64,000 bases of DNA from the human T2T-CHM13v2.0 reference genome, Homo sapiens. This document shows positions 13,624 through 28,879 of this stretch, one piece after another. Below the pieces are notes generated by a model, which saw only the letters and a program-made list of their open reading frames with translations, was not told the origin of the DNA and did no database searches. The stretch is taken from the NCBI RefSeq assembly GCF_009914755.1, contig NC_060926.1; one strand, given 5' to 3'. Within the stretch, counting starts at the first letter, position 1. Each line of letters opens with the position of its first letter. The translations under genes were made by a program, and so were the position numbers.

Positions 13624-13904
13624 TTATTTTCAAAAGTTTTTGTGAAACTTAAGAATTCCATTTAAGCAACTGAAATAAATTATTTTTAAGAGTCAGTGAA
13701 GTTTCTAGCCATGAAAGTATTGTTACTTATGGAAAGTATATTCTGAGTTGAACTTCGGACTGAACAGATACAAAGAAATAACTGCCCTTGCCATTTAACA
13801 TTTCTCAGTACACACTATATTCAAGGCGCTCTATTCTAGATATTCTTTGATGATAGAGGTCAAAGCCAGTACAAGACATCTACAACCTAAACCGTCAGTA
13901 ATTC

Positions 13905-14221
13905 TTCTTTGTTTCTTTGAGACAGGGTCTCACTCCAGTAGCCCAGGCTGGAGTGCAGCAGCATGATCTTGGCTCATTGCAGCCTTGACTTCCCAGGCTC
14001 AGGCGATCCTCCCAACTCAGCCTCCTGAGTAGCTGGGAGTACAAGCACACATCACCATGCCCACTGAATTTTTTTTTTTTTTTTTTTTTTTTTGTATTTT
14101 CAGTAGAGACAGGGTTTTACCATGTTGCCCAGGCTGGTCTCGAACTCCTGGGCTCAGGCAATCTGCCTGCCTCAGCCTCCCAAAGTGCTAAGGCTACAGG
14201 CATGAGCCACCATGCCAGACC
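13905..14221 (-). mobile_element. AluJ-like element
   Basis: Reverse dimeric Alu with a long T linker. Confidence 0.88.
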
Positions 14222-14508
14222 TCAATAATTATTTTCTGAGTAAATGCCTACAGCCTAAAAAGAAGATAAGCACACACAAATAGCTATTAAACAGGGCCAG
14301 GAGCAGACAGTGGGCCATATCTATGGCCAGCTGAGATAAGCGAGGAGCATACCACTGTCACCTCCATCATTTCCATTTTTAAAGATAAAGAAATTTGGTA
14401 TCTAAAAGCTATAAGTCGACATTAAAATCAGACAGGCACAAAACCTCACTAAACCAACCATATTCATAAACTAAATTGAAGAGCCTGATTCCACTGTAGG
14501 AATACAAA

Positions 14509-14512
<4 letters not shown>

Positions 14513-14550
<38 letters not shown>
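14513..14550. repeat. (CT)n microsatellite, about 19 units
   Basis: Uninterrupted ct run. Confidence 0.95.
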
Positions 14551-14554
<4 letters not shown>

Positions 14555-14991
14555 CTCCCTTTCTTTCATTCTCTCCCTCTGAAGGGAAAAAAATGAAACG
14601 AAACAGAACTAAATTATCCCTTTCATACTACTGACTTGCTTCTGGGTATTTTTGCCATGTGGTACCCATTTGTTGGTGTGGATGTCACATGCTTCCACTT
14701 TAACACACAGGCACGTATTGAAACAACTTTGGAGTTCCATTTTTGCTGTGAGAGAAGAGCCCAACAGTAATACTACCATTAAGAGAGAGCTTAGCAACTA
14801 AACTGGAAGCTTTATTTTGGTAATCTTTGCCAAATTCCAAGTACTTTTTTCCTGATTTCTAAATTATGTAAAGCTTTTATATTTCTGATATGAGCAGCAA
14901 TATCTGGATTAAAAATTTAGAATTTTAAAAAACAAATTAAGTAAACTTGTGATGAGAATAATAAAATCACAATTAAAAAATATAGAATGTA

Positions 14992-15300
14992 GGCCAGGCA
15001 CAGTGGCTCAGGCCTGTAATCCCAGTACTTTAGAAGGCCGAGGCAGAAGGATCACTTGAGCCCAGGAGTTTCAGACCAGCCTGGGCAACAAAGTGAGACT
15101 CCATCTCTACAAATAAATTATTTAAAAAAATGTAAAGATTAGCCAGGCACACTGGTGGTGTCATATGCCTGTAGTCCCAGCTCCTTGGGAGGCTGAAGTG
15201 GGAGGATCCCTTGAGCACAGGAGTTCGAGATTGCAGTGAGCTATGATCATGCCTGAGTGACAGAGTGAGACCCTGCCTCAAAACAAAAACAAAAACAAAA
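14992..15300 (+). mobile_element. AluJ-like element
   Basis: ggccaggcacagtggctc...ccctgcctcaaaac. Confidence 0.88.
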
Positions 15301-18300
15301 GAGAACTTAAAAAATTTATACTCTATTTCATTCAAGAAAGGTTTCAGGATGTTTATAGCATACACATACAATAATGAACTATATATTTTTAGATTTAATT
15401 TTGCAATATTTTTAAGAAAAGCCTGATTTCTAGGGCTTTGTATTAAGCCCACCGTAATAATTAGATTAACCTCATTATTTAGGCGCCCCCTCCCAACTCC
15501 ACACTGATTGGCTGGCTTTTTACGTTTCCCAAGGGTTATTGCTCTCTCCGGACTTACTTCCTTATATCTTGCTAAGATACTCCCTCTACTGTAGCTGAAC
15601 TGAATCAAAGGAGAAAATAACCACAAACTTATTTCCACCCATTCCTCCTTGAAATTGCTGGGTATAGTAACATTCCCATTTCCTAGTATGTTGCACTAAG
15701 AGACCATACTACATCATAGAAAGTCCACTGACTACACACCACAAAATAAGAACTATTTAAAAGTCATGCCAAAGCTGGGGTTTGTTGGAAATGCCTCAGT
15801 TCTTTTATAACTCAGTTAACAGACTGCTTGTGTCATGCCATCAAACAATTCTGCTTTTTAAATGGGCCTGGCAAGTATGTCAGCCTAAATTATCTATGTA
15901 TTTCACAGACTTCAAAGTACTGCCTGGAGAGGGCTGATCTAAGCTGCGCAAAGGAGGGGCGGCTAGCTACAATTCTATAAGATGAAAGAACACGCCAAAT
16001 GATTTTTTAACAGAAAAGAAAAAGGAGTGGTACATGATGTCCCCTTGTAAATGACTATTACATATAACTCAAATTTTTCAAATAGGCTCCTGTTTGGTAT
16101 AGATCCTCTTCCACCAAAGTACCAATGATTAAAAACTAAGGTGTTTGGTTATGTTATCATACATGGCACAGACTGGAAAAGAGCAGAGTCTTCCAGAGAA
16201 ACTTTCCACTCCTATTCTCACATTCACCTAAAAGCCCAAAGAAAGATGCTAGGAGAAAACCTATTGGGAGACCAAAACAGCTTCTAGAATAATCAGAGGC
16301 TGATGTGGAGCTTGAGGTTAATAGTCTGGCCAAATTCAGAAAATAAAACAAAGCAACTTGATTCTTCTATTCCATCCAACAAATTTATCTCACATTGGAA
16401 CCCACAAGACTATAATTTATATTGCAAATTTTATACATCTCCTGAAGAATTTCAGTGCAGGCCTAAATGATTCACAAATGCAACAAGAATCTTGTGAAGA
16501 CATAATGCCTCCAAAAATCATATCAAATGTGGGTAAACAGGAACCTTTCTCTTGGTAGGATGCTAAGTTTGTAAAAAATCCTTTTATGAAGAGAATTCAA
16601 CAAATTATCACACATTTAGATGTTTACACCTATGGAATGATCAATTCTAGTTCTAAAAATACCTATTTGTATAAAGGTACAAGGACATTTCTTGCAACAG
16701 ACATAGTTTAGCAAAAGTTTGGTAAAAATCTAAACATTCATAACAATCTAAGCAAATAAATTATAGTACATTGATATGATGGAAGATTATCCAGCCATTA
16801 AAAAGAAATGAAGTTGATAGAATGTGCTCAGAGGAGAAACAAGGTGCAGAACAAGACAGGTAAAGTATATCCCATTTGTATAAACATTAAAAAGTATTTA
16901 TCCATTATCTATGGCTGTAAATAAAAGCATAACATATGCTTGTATGAGCACAGAAAAGGGCCGGCAACTAATTCTAAGAGTAGGACTAAGGAGAAGTTGG
17001 ATATTTAAAAAAAAAAAATAAGAAAAGATTAGAATTGCTTTTAAATTAAAAATACATATTCATGAAAGGTCTTAAAACATCACAAATATATTTTCAATTT
17101 TTTTAAAAAAAAATAAAGCTTAAGAACAATTTTCCTTAAAATGCCCTCCTATATTATAGCACCAAAGTACAGAACTTCCTTTTTAAAATAGTGCTGAAAA
17201 GCCAAGAAACAAATATGAGGAAAAATCTATGACCTTCTCAACGCATGAAGGAAAAAGTACGTCCTTGTGGGTTGGCTTTTATTTAGTTAATGTAAACCTG
17301 GAATGGATTTTTTACCTATTAAAAAAAAAACACAATATTCAATGCATGACAGGACACATTATACTCACGTTAGCAGATCTTAACTATGTGGAACCAAATG
17401 TACTAAAATAACTTTCTATATTAAAAATGATGTATTTACACAGTTAAGATGCCATCATGTATGCAAATGTGTTACTTCAAAAATTGTTAATGTCAATGCT
17501 CCTTACACCCATATTTTTTGAATTAATAATTGGAAATTCTACATGCCAAAAATATGAAATGGTGAAATTAAATTAATCCAGACTGATGACATAAGCTCTC
17601 TTTGGAAAACCACATTCCACATGTGGACGCTAGATAATCCTCCATTATTTGAGGGCTCCAGAATTACTGGATAATTTCTCAGAACTGAAGTATTTCACAA
17701 GCCCACAATGAAAATGCTTTTATTGAGTTATTTTTAAGCATAGAGTTACACAAAAACCTTTAAAGATCTGACCGCTATATTTTCGTAACTTATAAGACAG
17801 ATACACAAACACCAACATACATATATGATACAAACCAATAGCAAATTGAAAGAACAAACCAAATCATAAAAGAACAGTGAATTAGGTTTGTTCTGTGATG
17901 GCCTTGGTGGTCAAGGGAGGAGAAAGGAACAAGAATCTTAAACATATATTGTGACTAAAGTTTAAAAAAAAATTCTGTATTTCTACATCCAAACTAAGCA
18001 GGTAAGAAGAAGTAGATCATTCGCTCATTTAGAAAAGTTTCAGGGAAAATGTGAAATTTTAAAAACTATTTTGTCAGTGATTTGAGGGGTAGAGGAAATG
18101 TAGCTTGCACCAGGACTACAGCAATGCTTTAGAGAAAGTTAATAATGCTCTGAGCAAAAAGTGAAGGCTTAGCCTGCTTCATGAAGAAAGTGACACTAAC
18201 TGGAGCCCTATGAACGGTCAAGAGGCTTTAACCTATCCTATTCCATCTATGTTTATTAAAATCCAACATTTTGTAAATGTAGTAGTTATAAACAAAATGC

Positions 18301-20764
18301 ATGGCAATTTGATTTTCAGGGTTCTCCACAGATATATGTCAAATTGACAATTGGAGGATTGTATCTTACTAAATCTAAATCACCCTCTTACATTGCAAAG
18401 CCAAACCAATCTTTCTTTGGCTCTTGTTCCTTTTACACTTAAACTCACTCAACCCAGTGATATGTTTTCTCTTGCCATTTCAGAGAGATTCTATCTATAT
18501 ACATTGGCAGCTTCAGTGACCATAAAGGAATAAACTGCAATCACAGAAGTCAATCTGTGTTTAAGAAAAAGCCTGAATATTGGATTTTGCAAAATACAGT
18601 TGCTTTTCTGGGCATAAGGATTAAGAATTCACAATTAGGTCCTTTGTTCCCCAGAAGTCATTTTTCTTTTAAACTATTTTGTTTATAGTTTAGTTGTTCC
18701 TGACATTTAACAGAAAAAATTAAAATGTTAAGGATTTAAACCAATCACCAACCAATAGCTCACACAGCAGCCTGATATGGCAGCTTCAATGCTGCGTCTG
18801 CTGACTTCCTTGTTATCAACTGAAAAATTTACCCCACAGCAGAGTCTGCATTCAACTTCTCATTCCAAAAGCATATGCCACTCTGCCCAACAAAATGCAT
18901 AAATCAGCTGAGTCCCTTGAGTCATGACTAATTTTTTAAAATGTTGCAGCAACTTCATATCTAGAGTCTCAATAAATGCAGTGGTTGGCTCAGCCTCAAA
19001 GAACCTGAATGTGTCTGATTTAGAGTGGAAGTCTTAATGCTCAAAAAGTGTGCCTGATGCAGTCTCTAAACTGGCAGCCTGACGGCCTCATACAACACGG
19101 ATGGTCAGTCAAAAAAGTCTACATTAGAATAAGAAACTGTCCAACGAGGTCAAGCATGAAAATAGGGCTAGGAGTCTTTCATCTACTCTTACAGGAATAC
19201 TGGTCACATAAAATGTGTGGGAGGCATATCGAAATCCAGTATGGATTCTATTTTCATTTTGGAAGACATGCTTGCCCACCCCAAATTGATACAAGGCTGG
19301 GAAGGTTGGGTTTTTCCTTAATATTAGAAAACAAATTAATGGCAACTGTTGCTCCCTTCTGAGCTACCAAGGGGCAACTGGTACTTTCTCTCAGCATTAT
19401 CTGTAAGAATCTGCTCACAGGTTTGTCTCCCTTAAGACTGGCAACTCTTTCTCTGATATTCTAAAGCAGTCTCTAGCAATGAAAAAGAACTTAAAAATCT
19501 TTTCCACCAATGTGCTGTGCTGAATGAGACTGCCTTGCTCATTCTTGCCACTCTATCTCTACTCTTTTGAACCAGTAGTTTAGGTACTGCTCCCACCAAT
19601 GAAAATCTGAGGAATTTTCACATCAACTGGAAAACTATGGTTTAGACTTTTTTCTTCAAAAAAGTTTCATTATTTAGAAGGAAATTGCTAATGTGAATCC
19701 AACAGAGAAAAATGGTTACTGGTTTGAGAAACAGTAAAAACATGTTAATTCACTCAAAAAAAGTAGGTGACGAATTACTCAAAAAACAACATTCCTGTTT
19801 CCATAAATAAATTCCCACATTCGTCTGTTTTGGTTTTCTTATTCTAAAAAAAAAAATAAAAAAAATAGAAAATAAAAATTAAAAAAAAAGCATAACAGAA
19901 CCAATTAAGTCAAAAGTTAGGATAAGAATTGGCCCCAAGTGCCTCAGCAAGGTGACATTAGCCCTTTAATGGACAGCTAAGGCTTTCAAGTCATTCTAGT
20001 AAAAAATTCCCATAAACCAGGATGCTAAATTATCTGAGCTTAGGAATTGTAAATATCTTAACAACAAGACCAAACACCAACAGTTCTTATTACGTGGCTA
20101 GAACTTTTCAAACTGCAATTTCATTTAATCCTTATAACATATCAATGAAATAAGTGCTATCATTATTCCCACTGTACAGATGAGAAAGCTGAGCCACAGA
20201 GAGAATAAACAAATTGTCCGAATTTAAGCAGCTGGTAAAGGCAGAACCATGACTCAAAGCCAAGCACTCTGGCTGCAGAGTCTCTCTATGGAACTGTGGT
20301 GCTTTGCTGCCTCCCCTGTTGTCCTCTATGTACAGCAGATGACAAGTAGGGAATCCATATGTACATTTTTAGAATACTCCATCAGAGAAGCTCATTTTGT
20401 TATGAAACAAAATCCAGGCCTACCTAAACAGAAAACATACTCCAAATAAACTAAAGCAAACCTATGTTTTCAAGATGGTAGACTTACCAAGCACATTTAC
20501 CTCCCTTCATTTCTCAAATCCCATTGATGATGGAAAACTTTTTAAAAAAAGAATAAAGAAGAATGGTACAAGACAACAGGCAAAAGTAATACCAGAAATG
20601 AATCAATGGAGAAAATAGAGTGGTGTAATTATAACAAAAGACAGATATAGAAGAGGTTTCCTACAGAAATAGAACTATCCTTCCCAACGAAACAAAGTAC
20701 TGCAGAAACGCAAATCTAAAAGATATATGAACTGAGTTTCTGGGATAATCACCTAAGTAATTTG

Positions 20765-20968
20765 TTCTTTCTTTCTTTCCTTTCTTTCTTCTTTTTGGGG
20801 GGGCGGGGGGGCGCGTGGGGGAGACAGGGTCTTACTCTGTTGCCCAGGCTGGAGTGTAGTTAGTGTAAACATAGCTTACTGTAGACTCAACCTTCTGGGC
20901 TCAAAAGATTCTCCCACCTTGGCCTCCCAAAGTGCTGGGATTACAGGCATGAACCAACACACCTGGCC
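20765..20968 (-). mobile_element. Alu fragment (internally deleted) with a G-rich tail insert
   Basis: gagacagggtcttactctgttgccc...gattacaggcatgaacc. Confidence 0.8.
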
Positions 20969-22631
20969 ACCTAGGTGATTTGTTAGAAGATGGCCTATAG
21001 CACTAGCACTTAAGAACAGCTCTCTCAATAGGAAGTCATCCTAAGCATAAGCCTTCGGGCCAGAAAGAGAAGCAGAGTACAGTCTACACCTGGGCCTTTC
21101 CAACAAACACAAATTAAAACAAAAATAGCAAAGGCACCACTACCCAGGACTAAAATACTGCCAAGTGCCCCATCCCTACAACAGCCCCAGCTTCCTCACC
21201 CGCACCCTCTGCCTGGTTGTGAGCATGCCCAGCCCCACAGAACCGTGCATGGCCCTCAGCGAGCCCTAGCAATTAGGGAAGAGGCCTACTGCTGAAACAG
21301 TATTACAAAACTTTTGAGGAAACCTAGTGTAATTAACCTAACCCTGATTTATAAATGTAACCATATATTTATAAACATGAACAGATCATCAAGGATCAAA
21401 ACAATACAAAACCCAAAGAAATAAGATGAATGGAAACAACTCAAGGCTAACAGAAAAATTTGACAATGGAATTATATCAAATTCTCAGTTATCTCTACCA
21501 GTGGAGGATTTAAGGCACAAGAACACTCAAAACTATTTGCAGCTGGCACTAAACATGTTTTCTGATTTCTATTATAGTAAATTTACCACCTAAAGAAAAT
21601 TCTACATAGTGATATTAAACACGAACTTTCATTCTCTAAGGATGTGTGACTGAGATCTGTACTATGGCTCCAGCTCCAAGTTCAATATTTTATGCAGCCC
21701 TGGGCAAATTACCACTTTCTGTCTTAATTTGCCAATCCATTAAATGGGACAATATTGGGGAACAGATGGAATCCAGCCTTGGCTGGAGAGTTTGCCGTGG
21801 ACAGTAGTAGCTCTGGTCATACCTCTATAATTCCTAAGATAGGTCGATTTACAGTCAATAGTTGTGACTACTTTGGAAAGTTAAGAATGATATGTTTATC
21901 CTCTTCTGGAGAAATTGAGAATAAGGTCTCTGCTTTTGTCAACTGATTCAAAAGAACACACTCTGAATTCTGCAGAGTCTAGAGTAAGCATCGCTGCATA
22001 AACACTGCTAGTAATTGATCTGTTAAATCCAGAAACCAAGGAAACACAGCAATTGAGTCACTTAAGGTATTGCTCACCAAGGGACCAATGCACATACAGC
22101 TTCGAACAGTCAGATTTGTATCAGAGACTGGAGATGTGGAGTTTGAACAAGACTGAATTCCTTGGCAATCAAGTGGAGGTACTTACTAAATATATACTCA
22201 TTAAATAACCACCAACCACCACATTCCAAGTGTTGGACCAAGCAACCCACTGTACTAACAAGCCCAGGGCTTACTCAAAAGTAACAAAAACTGGTAAAAC
22301 ACATTCGCAGTCACTGGTACAATGGTAATGGTGGACAGTCACTGCTAAACTAGAATGACATGATATCAAGTATGTTAAGACAATATGCATATAAATCACG
22401 CCATATAAGAAAATGTTCCACAGTGCTTGTCAAGTTGAGGTTTTAACAGTAATCTTCTTAATTATTAAATTCTTTGTTGAAAAATGCTTTCCATTAAAAG
22501 AAATGAGAGACATAGCAACCAAATAGCTGGACCTTAAATTCTGATTCAAATAAATTAATCATGAAAATTAAATTTATAAAACAAAACTGAAGTGGTAGTG
22601 CTTATCTTTTAGAAATACATACTAAAGTAGT

Positions 22632-22924
22632 TGGGCGCCAGTGGCTCATGCCTGTAATCCCAGCACTTTGGGAGGCTGAGGCGGGTGGTCAGAAGTTCGA
22701 GTCCAGCCTGGCCAACATGGTGAAACACCGTCTCTACTAAAAACACAAAAATTAGCCGGGTGTGGTGGCACATGCCTTTAATCCCTGCTGCTTAGGAGGC
22801 TGAGGCACAAGTATCACTTGAACCCAGGAGGCAGAGGTTGCAGTGAGCTGATATCAGGCCACTGCACTCCAGCCTGGGTGAAGAGTGAAACTCTGCCTCC
22901 AGGAAAAAAATAAATAAATAAATA
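22632..22924 (+). mobile_element. AluS-like element inside an old L1M fragment
   Basis: Dimeric Alu flanked by repeated aaatacatactaaagt (TSD-like). Confidence 0.88.
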
Positions 22925-23143
22925 CATACTAAAGTGTTTGCTGATGAAATGATACAATGTCTATGATTCATATTAAAATAATATGGGAAGTTGATAGTGG
23001 TATAGATGAAAGAAGCCTGTCCATGTGTTGGTAACTGTTGAAGGTGGGTGCTGGGTACATAGGGGCTAATTATACTATTTTTTCTGCTTTTATGTATAGT
23101 TAAGGTTTTCATAATGAAAAAAATGTTTTAAATACACAAATCA

Positions 23144-23284
<141 letters not shown>

Positions 23285-23604
23285 CTACAGGAAAAGACAT
23301 GAAATTGCACTGACCAAATAGGACCCAAACAAAGACACTTGGTTAAAGACAAAGACCATGGCAGAAAGACTATGGCTTCATAGGAAGACACTTCTGGAAA
23401 ATGCATTGCCCTAAAATATCCAAGTCACTTTCAATTTTCAATTCCAGGACACTGAAATTGAACTGAAAAGAACTGAAAACATTCTGGCTTCCAAATTTAC
23501 AAAATGAAAAATCATAAATTTGATTAAAAAATAAACGAGAAACAAATACAACCTAAATATGTTTGCTTATATCTAAGCCTTGGTTATTTTATTCATTATC
23601 ATTC

Positions 23605-23782
23605 ATTATTTTATTTTTTCTTTTTTTAGAGACACAGTCTCACTGTTTTGCACAGGATGGAGTGCAATGGGCACAATCATAGCTCACTGCAGCCTCAAAT
23701 GCCTCAAATGGCTCTAGTGATCTCCTGCCTCAGCCTCCCAAGTAGCTGGAACTACAGGTACACACCACTGCACCCAGCTAAT
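23605..23782 (-). mobile_element. Alu right-arm fragment
   Basis: ttttagagacacagtctcac...cacccagctaatt. Confidence 0.8.
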
Positions 23783-23918
23783 TGATTATCATTTTAAAAA
23801 CTAAAGTTTGCTTTCAAGATTTCAAATGCATGTTTGCAAGTTTTCATATCCTGCCTCATTTCACAAAGTAATTGAAATAGACTACAAGAAATACAAATGT
23901 TTAAATAGATTAAATATA

Positions 23919-24210
23919 GGTCAGGCACAGTGGCTCATGCCTGTAATCCCAAAGCTTTGGGAAGCCGAGGTAGGAGGAACACTTGAGGCTAGTAGTTCAA
24001 GACCAGCACGGGCAACATAGCAAAACACCACCTCCACAGATTTAAAAATTAGCTAGGTATGGATACATGCCTTTAGTTTCAGCTACTCGGGAGGCTGAGG
24101 TGGAGAATTGCCTGAGCCCAGGAGTTCAAGGTTACAATAAGCTATAATCATACCACTGCTCTCCAGCCTAGGCAACAGAGAACCTGTCTCTAAACAAATA
24201 AATAAATAAA
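23919..24210 (+). mobile_element. AluJ-like element
   Basis: Dimeric Alu with an (aaat)n tail. Confidence 0.87.
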
Positions 24211-24599
24211 ACCATAAATAAATTAAATATGAATTAATCAGAATTAGGACCAGGAAAAATGTAAATGCAATTAAAATATCACAATGAGGAAAACAGAATA
24301 CAAATATGTAGGTGCTAAAAAATATATACAGCTGCTATGGGTAGGCTGTAACTACAGTTCTAAACTTTTTATTAACTAAAGCAAATGTGAAAGAAAGCAT
24401 GTACAGTCATTTCATTCTTCCTATTCCTAAGAAATGCATACCCTGGTACATTAAAAAAAAGCAAAAATTTCCTGCTTTGTCTGTAAAACATATTTCTCCC
24501 TGTAAGCTATACGGAATATATTAGCTTCCAACACATGTTACCAGAAGAGTTTTATAAGCAGTGGTGTAACATTATTGTGAGAGTCTGGGCTCTGCATTC

Positions 24600-25045
24600 A
24601 GACCACAAGCACTATTATCTTTTCCCCAGACTACTGCATAACATTCTTAAGCTGGCTTCTGTGCTTCCATTCCTGCCAACCTGTGGCCTATTCTCCATAC
24701 GGAGTGGTCCTTTAAGATGGAAATCAGACCATGCAACTCCCCTGGTCAAAAATCTGCAAGAGGTTTCCATTAAATTTTGAATAAAATCCATGGCCTACCT
24801 GGGGCCCTATGTGATGTGCCCTGACTCCCTCTCTACCCTCAACCCCTGCTGCTTCCGCAGGCTTACTGCACTCCAGCCACACTGGAGGCCACACTGGTCA
24901 GCAAGATTTCCATCCTGGGGCCTCCATGCTTACTCTGCTCCTACATTCTTCCTCTAGGTTCACATGTGGCTTCCTTCCTTCCTTCAAGTGTCTGCTCAAA
25001 TGTTCTCTCCTACAGAGGTTTGCCCTGAACACCCAAGCTAAAACA
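24600..25045 (+). mobile_element. L2 fragment
   Basis: aaatcagaccatgcaactcccctggtcaaaa...aataaaatcca...ctgcactccagccacactgg...ctcaaatgt. Confidence 0.6.
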
Positions 25046-25647
25046 CAGACACTCTTAGATCCTGCACAAGTAACCATAAGACCCTAAATGGAATTGTTAG
25101 ATTGTGTTTTGAATGAAAAAGAGAACGTCTTTCCCATCACACTCACTATACCAACAAGCTGCTACTCGCCTTCAACTTGGTGCTTCTTAAATATTATTCA
25201 TTTTCCCCATTGGAGGGCAAGTGCCCAAACCATTCACAAAAACAAAACTACAATGTTAAAAGTTAAAAGGAAATTTAACTTATTGAAATATAATAAACAA
25301 ACTACTGTTATAGAAAACTTTTCTTAATTTTATCAGTGTATTTTATAGATATGCCTTATTTGCATATTTAAAAACCTACAGAAATACAAAAAATTAAACC
25401 TGAATCTGATCAAGCTTCTATATCCAACTACCAATTTACTGGAAATTTAGGGGGCCATTGGAACATATTCAGCAAAATCCTAAATGTAAGAATTCTATAG
25501 GACAAATGACTCAGTTTCTTCAACAAACTGAAAGGAAAAGAAAGACGGAAGGATGAGAGGTGCAAGTTGTAGATTAACAGAGACATGAAAAGCATATAAA
25601 TCAATGTCAATGTATGAACCACATTTGAATCCGAACTCAAACTGTTA

Positions 25648-26045
<398 letters not shown>

Positions 26046-26489
26046 TTACATATTTTAGCCAAGTTACATTTTTATCTTGCCCATTCTCCAACATATTTAC
26101 TATCAAAAAAGAGCCCAAAGTTAAGAATTATGCAGGAGAAGGAAAGGATTTAGACAAGAAACTGAGTTATAGGCCCATGAAGAACTTTACATTTAACTTA
26201 ACCATAAATATAAACCTCTTAGCCAAATTAATGATGGTAGGACTCACCTGTTGGTAAAGCAAGGTAAAATATAGAATCTGTTAGGTCAAAAGACAGGCAC
26301 TCTCTTTGATCTTTAAGGTACTTTATGCAGAAAGATTGATTCTTAAGTGTGCTAAGCCACAGCTATTTATAGTGACATTTAATGCATTTCTGATTATTTT
26401 CCTTCCACTTATATAAAATAGAAAAGACAGGATGTAAATCCTGAAGAACATAACAGTTACCACATCTTAAGAAATCTATCAAGCTTCAC

Positions 26490-26665
26490 TAGGGGAATAC
26501 AAGGCGAAGAGAGAGGTGGGGAGCAAGGGCTGAAAAACTACCTATTGGGTACTATGCTCACTACTGGGTGACGGGTTCAGTCACACTCCAAACCTCAACA
26601 TCATGCAATATACCTTTGTAATTAGACCCACGCATGTACTAACTGAATCTAAAATAAAAGTTGAC
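26490..26665 (+). mobile_element. L1PB/old L1PA 3' end
   Basis: agggctgaaaaactacctattgggtactatgctcacta...ctgaatctaaaataaaagttg. Confidence 0.8.
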
Positions 26666-26669
26666 AAAA

Positions 26670-26997
<328 letters not shown>

Positions 26998-27928
26998 CTA
27001 GATAAGTAAAACTGGGAGAAAAAGGTACATTTCGAATAAGCAAAAATCCATTAAGATTTACTGAAAAATCATTCTATGCAAATGAATTTGAATACCTCTT
27101 ATTAAAAGGAACACCATGGGCAAACTTTAAAAGCAATAGGAAACTAGACCTCAGAAAATAAAATATAACAACTCATTACTACAATCCTTCCAAAATTAGT
27201 ATAAGGATTCTTCAAAGTTCTGACCCTAAGTATAGATAAAGAATTCATATACTTGATATATATTACCAATTAGTTCTTTAATTAGTCTAGCTCTAATCTA
27301 CAACATTAGCAGGTGGTTCTATAGATAAACTTTAGAATTTTTAAATTTAGTTTTAAACACTTTTAGAACTTTTAGAATTCTTTTTAGAACTAACCCAGTC
27401 CCTTATTTTTGTAGAAGTAAAAACCAAAATCCAAAGAAACTATTTCAAATCAGAATTCAGATATTATTTATAATAGCATTAACCTTCTTTAAAATATAAC
27501 CTTCCAGTTCTAAGATTCCCCTTGATTCTAGAAGAAGACATGATTTTCTCTAAAATCTAGGTTAAAAAACATACAGACTTGCATATGCAAGAGAAACAGC
27601 ACAAGAGCTTATCAGTATAAAAGAGAACTATTTAAAGTTATTAATAAGCAAAGATGTTATAATCTTAAAATGCCCTCCCTTTATAGTTAATATCCTAGTC
27701 TATAACACAAATCACTTAATACTCAATATTAAAGCAGTATCATTCTCATTTAAATATTCCTAACCTCTAAATGAAACTGCCAATAAACTTAGACAATTAC
27801 AATAAAAGACATAAGCAGCACAGTCAAGAACTGATATAATGGGCAATTTCAAAGTGAATGACTTACGAAGGAACTGGGAACAGGTTTTGATTCATTTATT
27901 ACAAATGAATGGAAAAGAGATGAAACCT

Positions 27929-28450
<522 letters not shown>

Positions 28451-28693
28451 TCAGACAAGAGAGATTGGGCCAGATAATACAAAGCAAGTAAGAACCCAGT
28501 ATGAAGTTAATCAAGAAGATATTATTTTTAAAAGTGTAAAGAATTTTTGGCAGCAAAGCACGTAATAACCAACTATAAACTTACCCAAGAAGATATTATT
28601 AAAAAGCTCTAAGATTTCACCATCTCAGGTATAATAACTGAAGAGACTTTTCCTAACTCATGTACTACCTCTAGGTTTTTACATGAATTCTCA

Positions 28694-28879
<186 letters not shown>

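Noticed and set aside
15030-15638. 202-aa minus-strand ORF, the longest in the track
   Set aside because: Its C-terminal half is translated antisense Alu, it starts at a non-ATG codon, and it has no recognisable domain.
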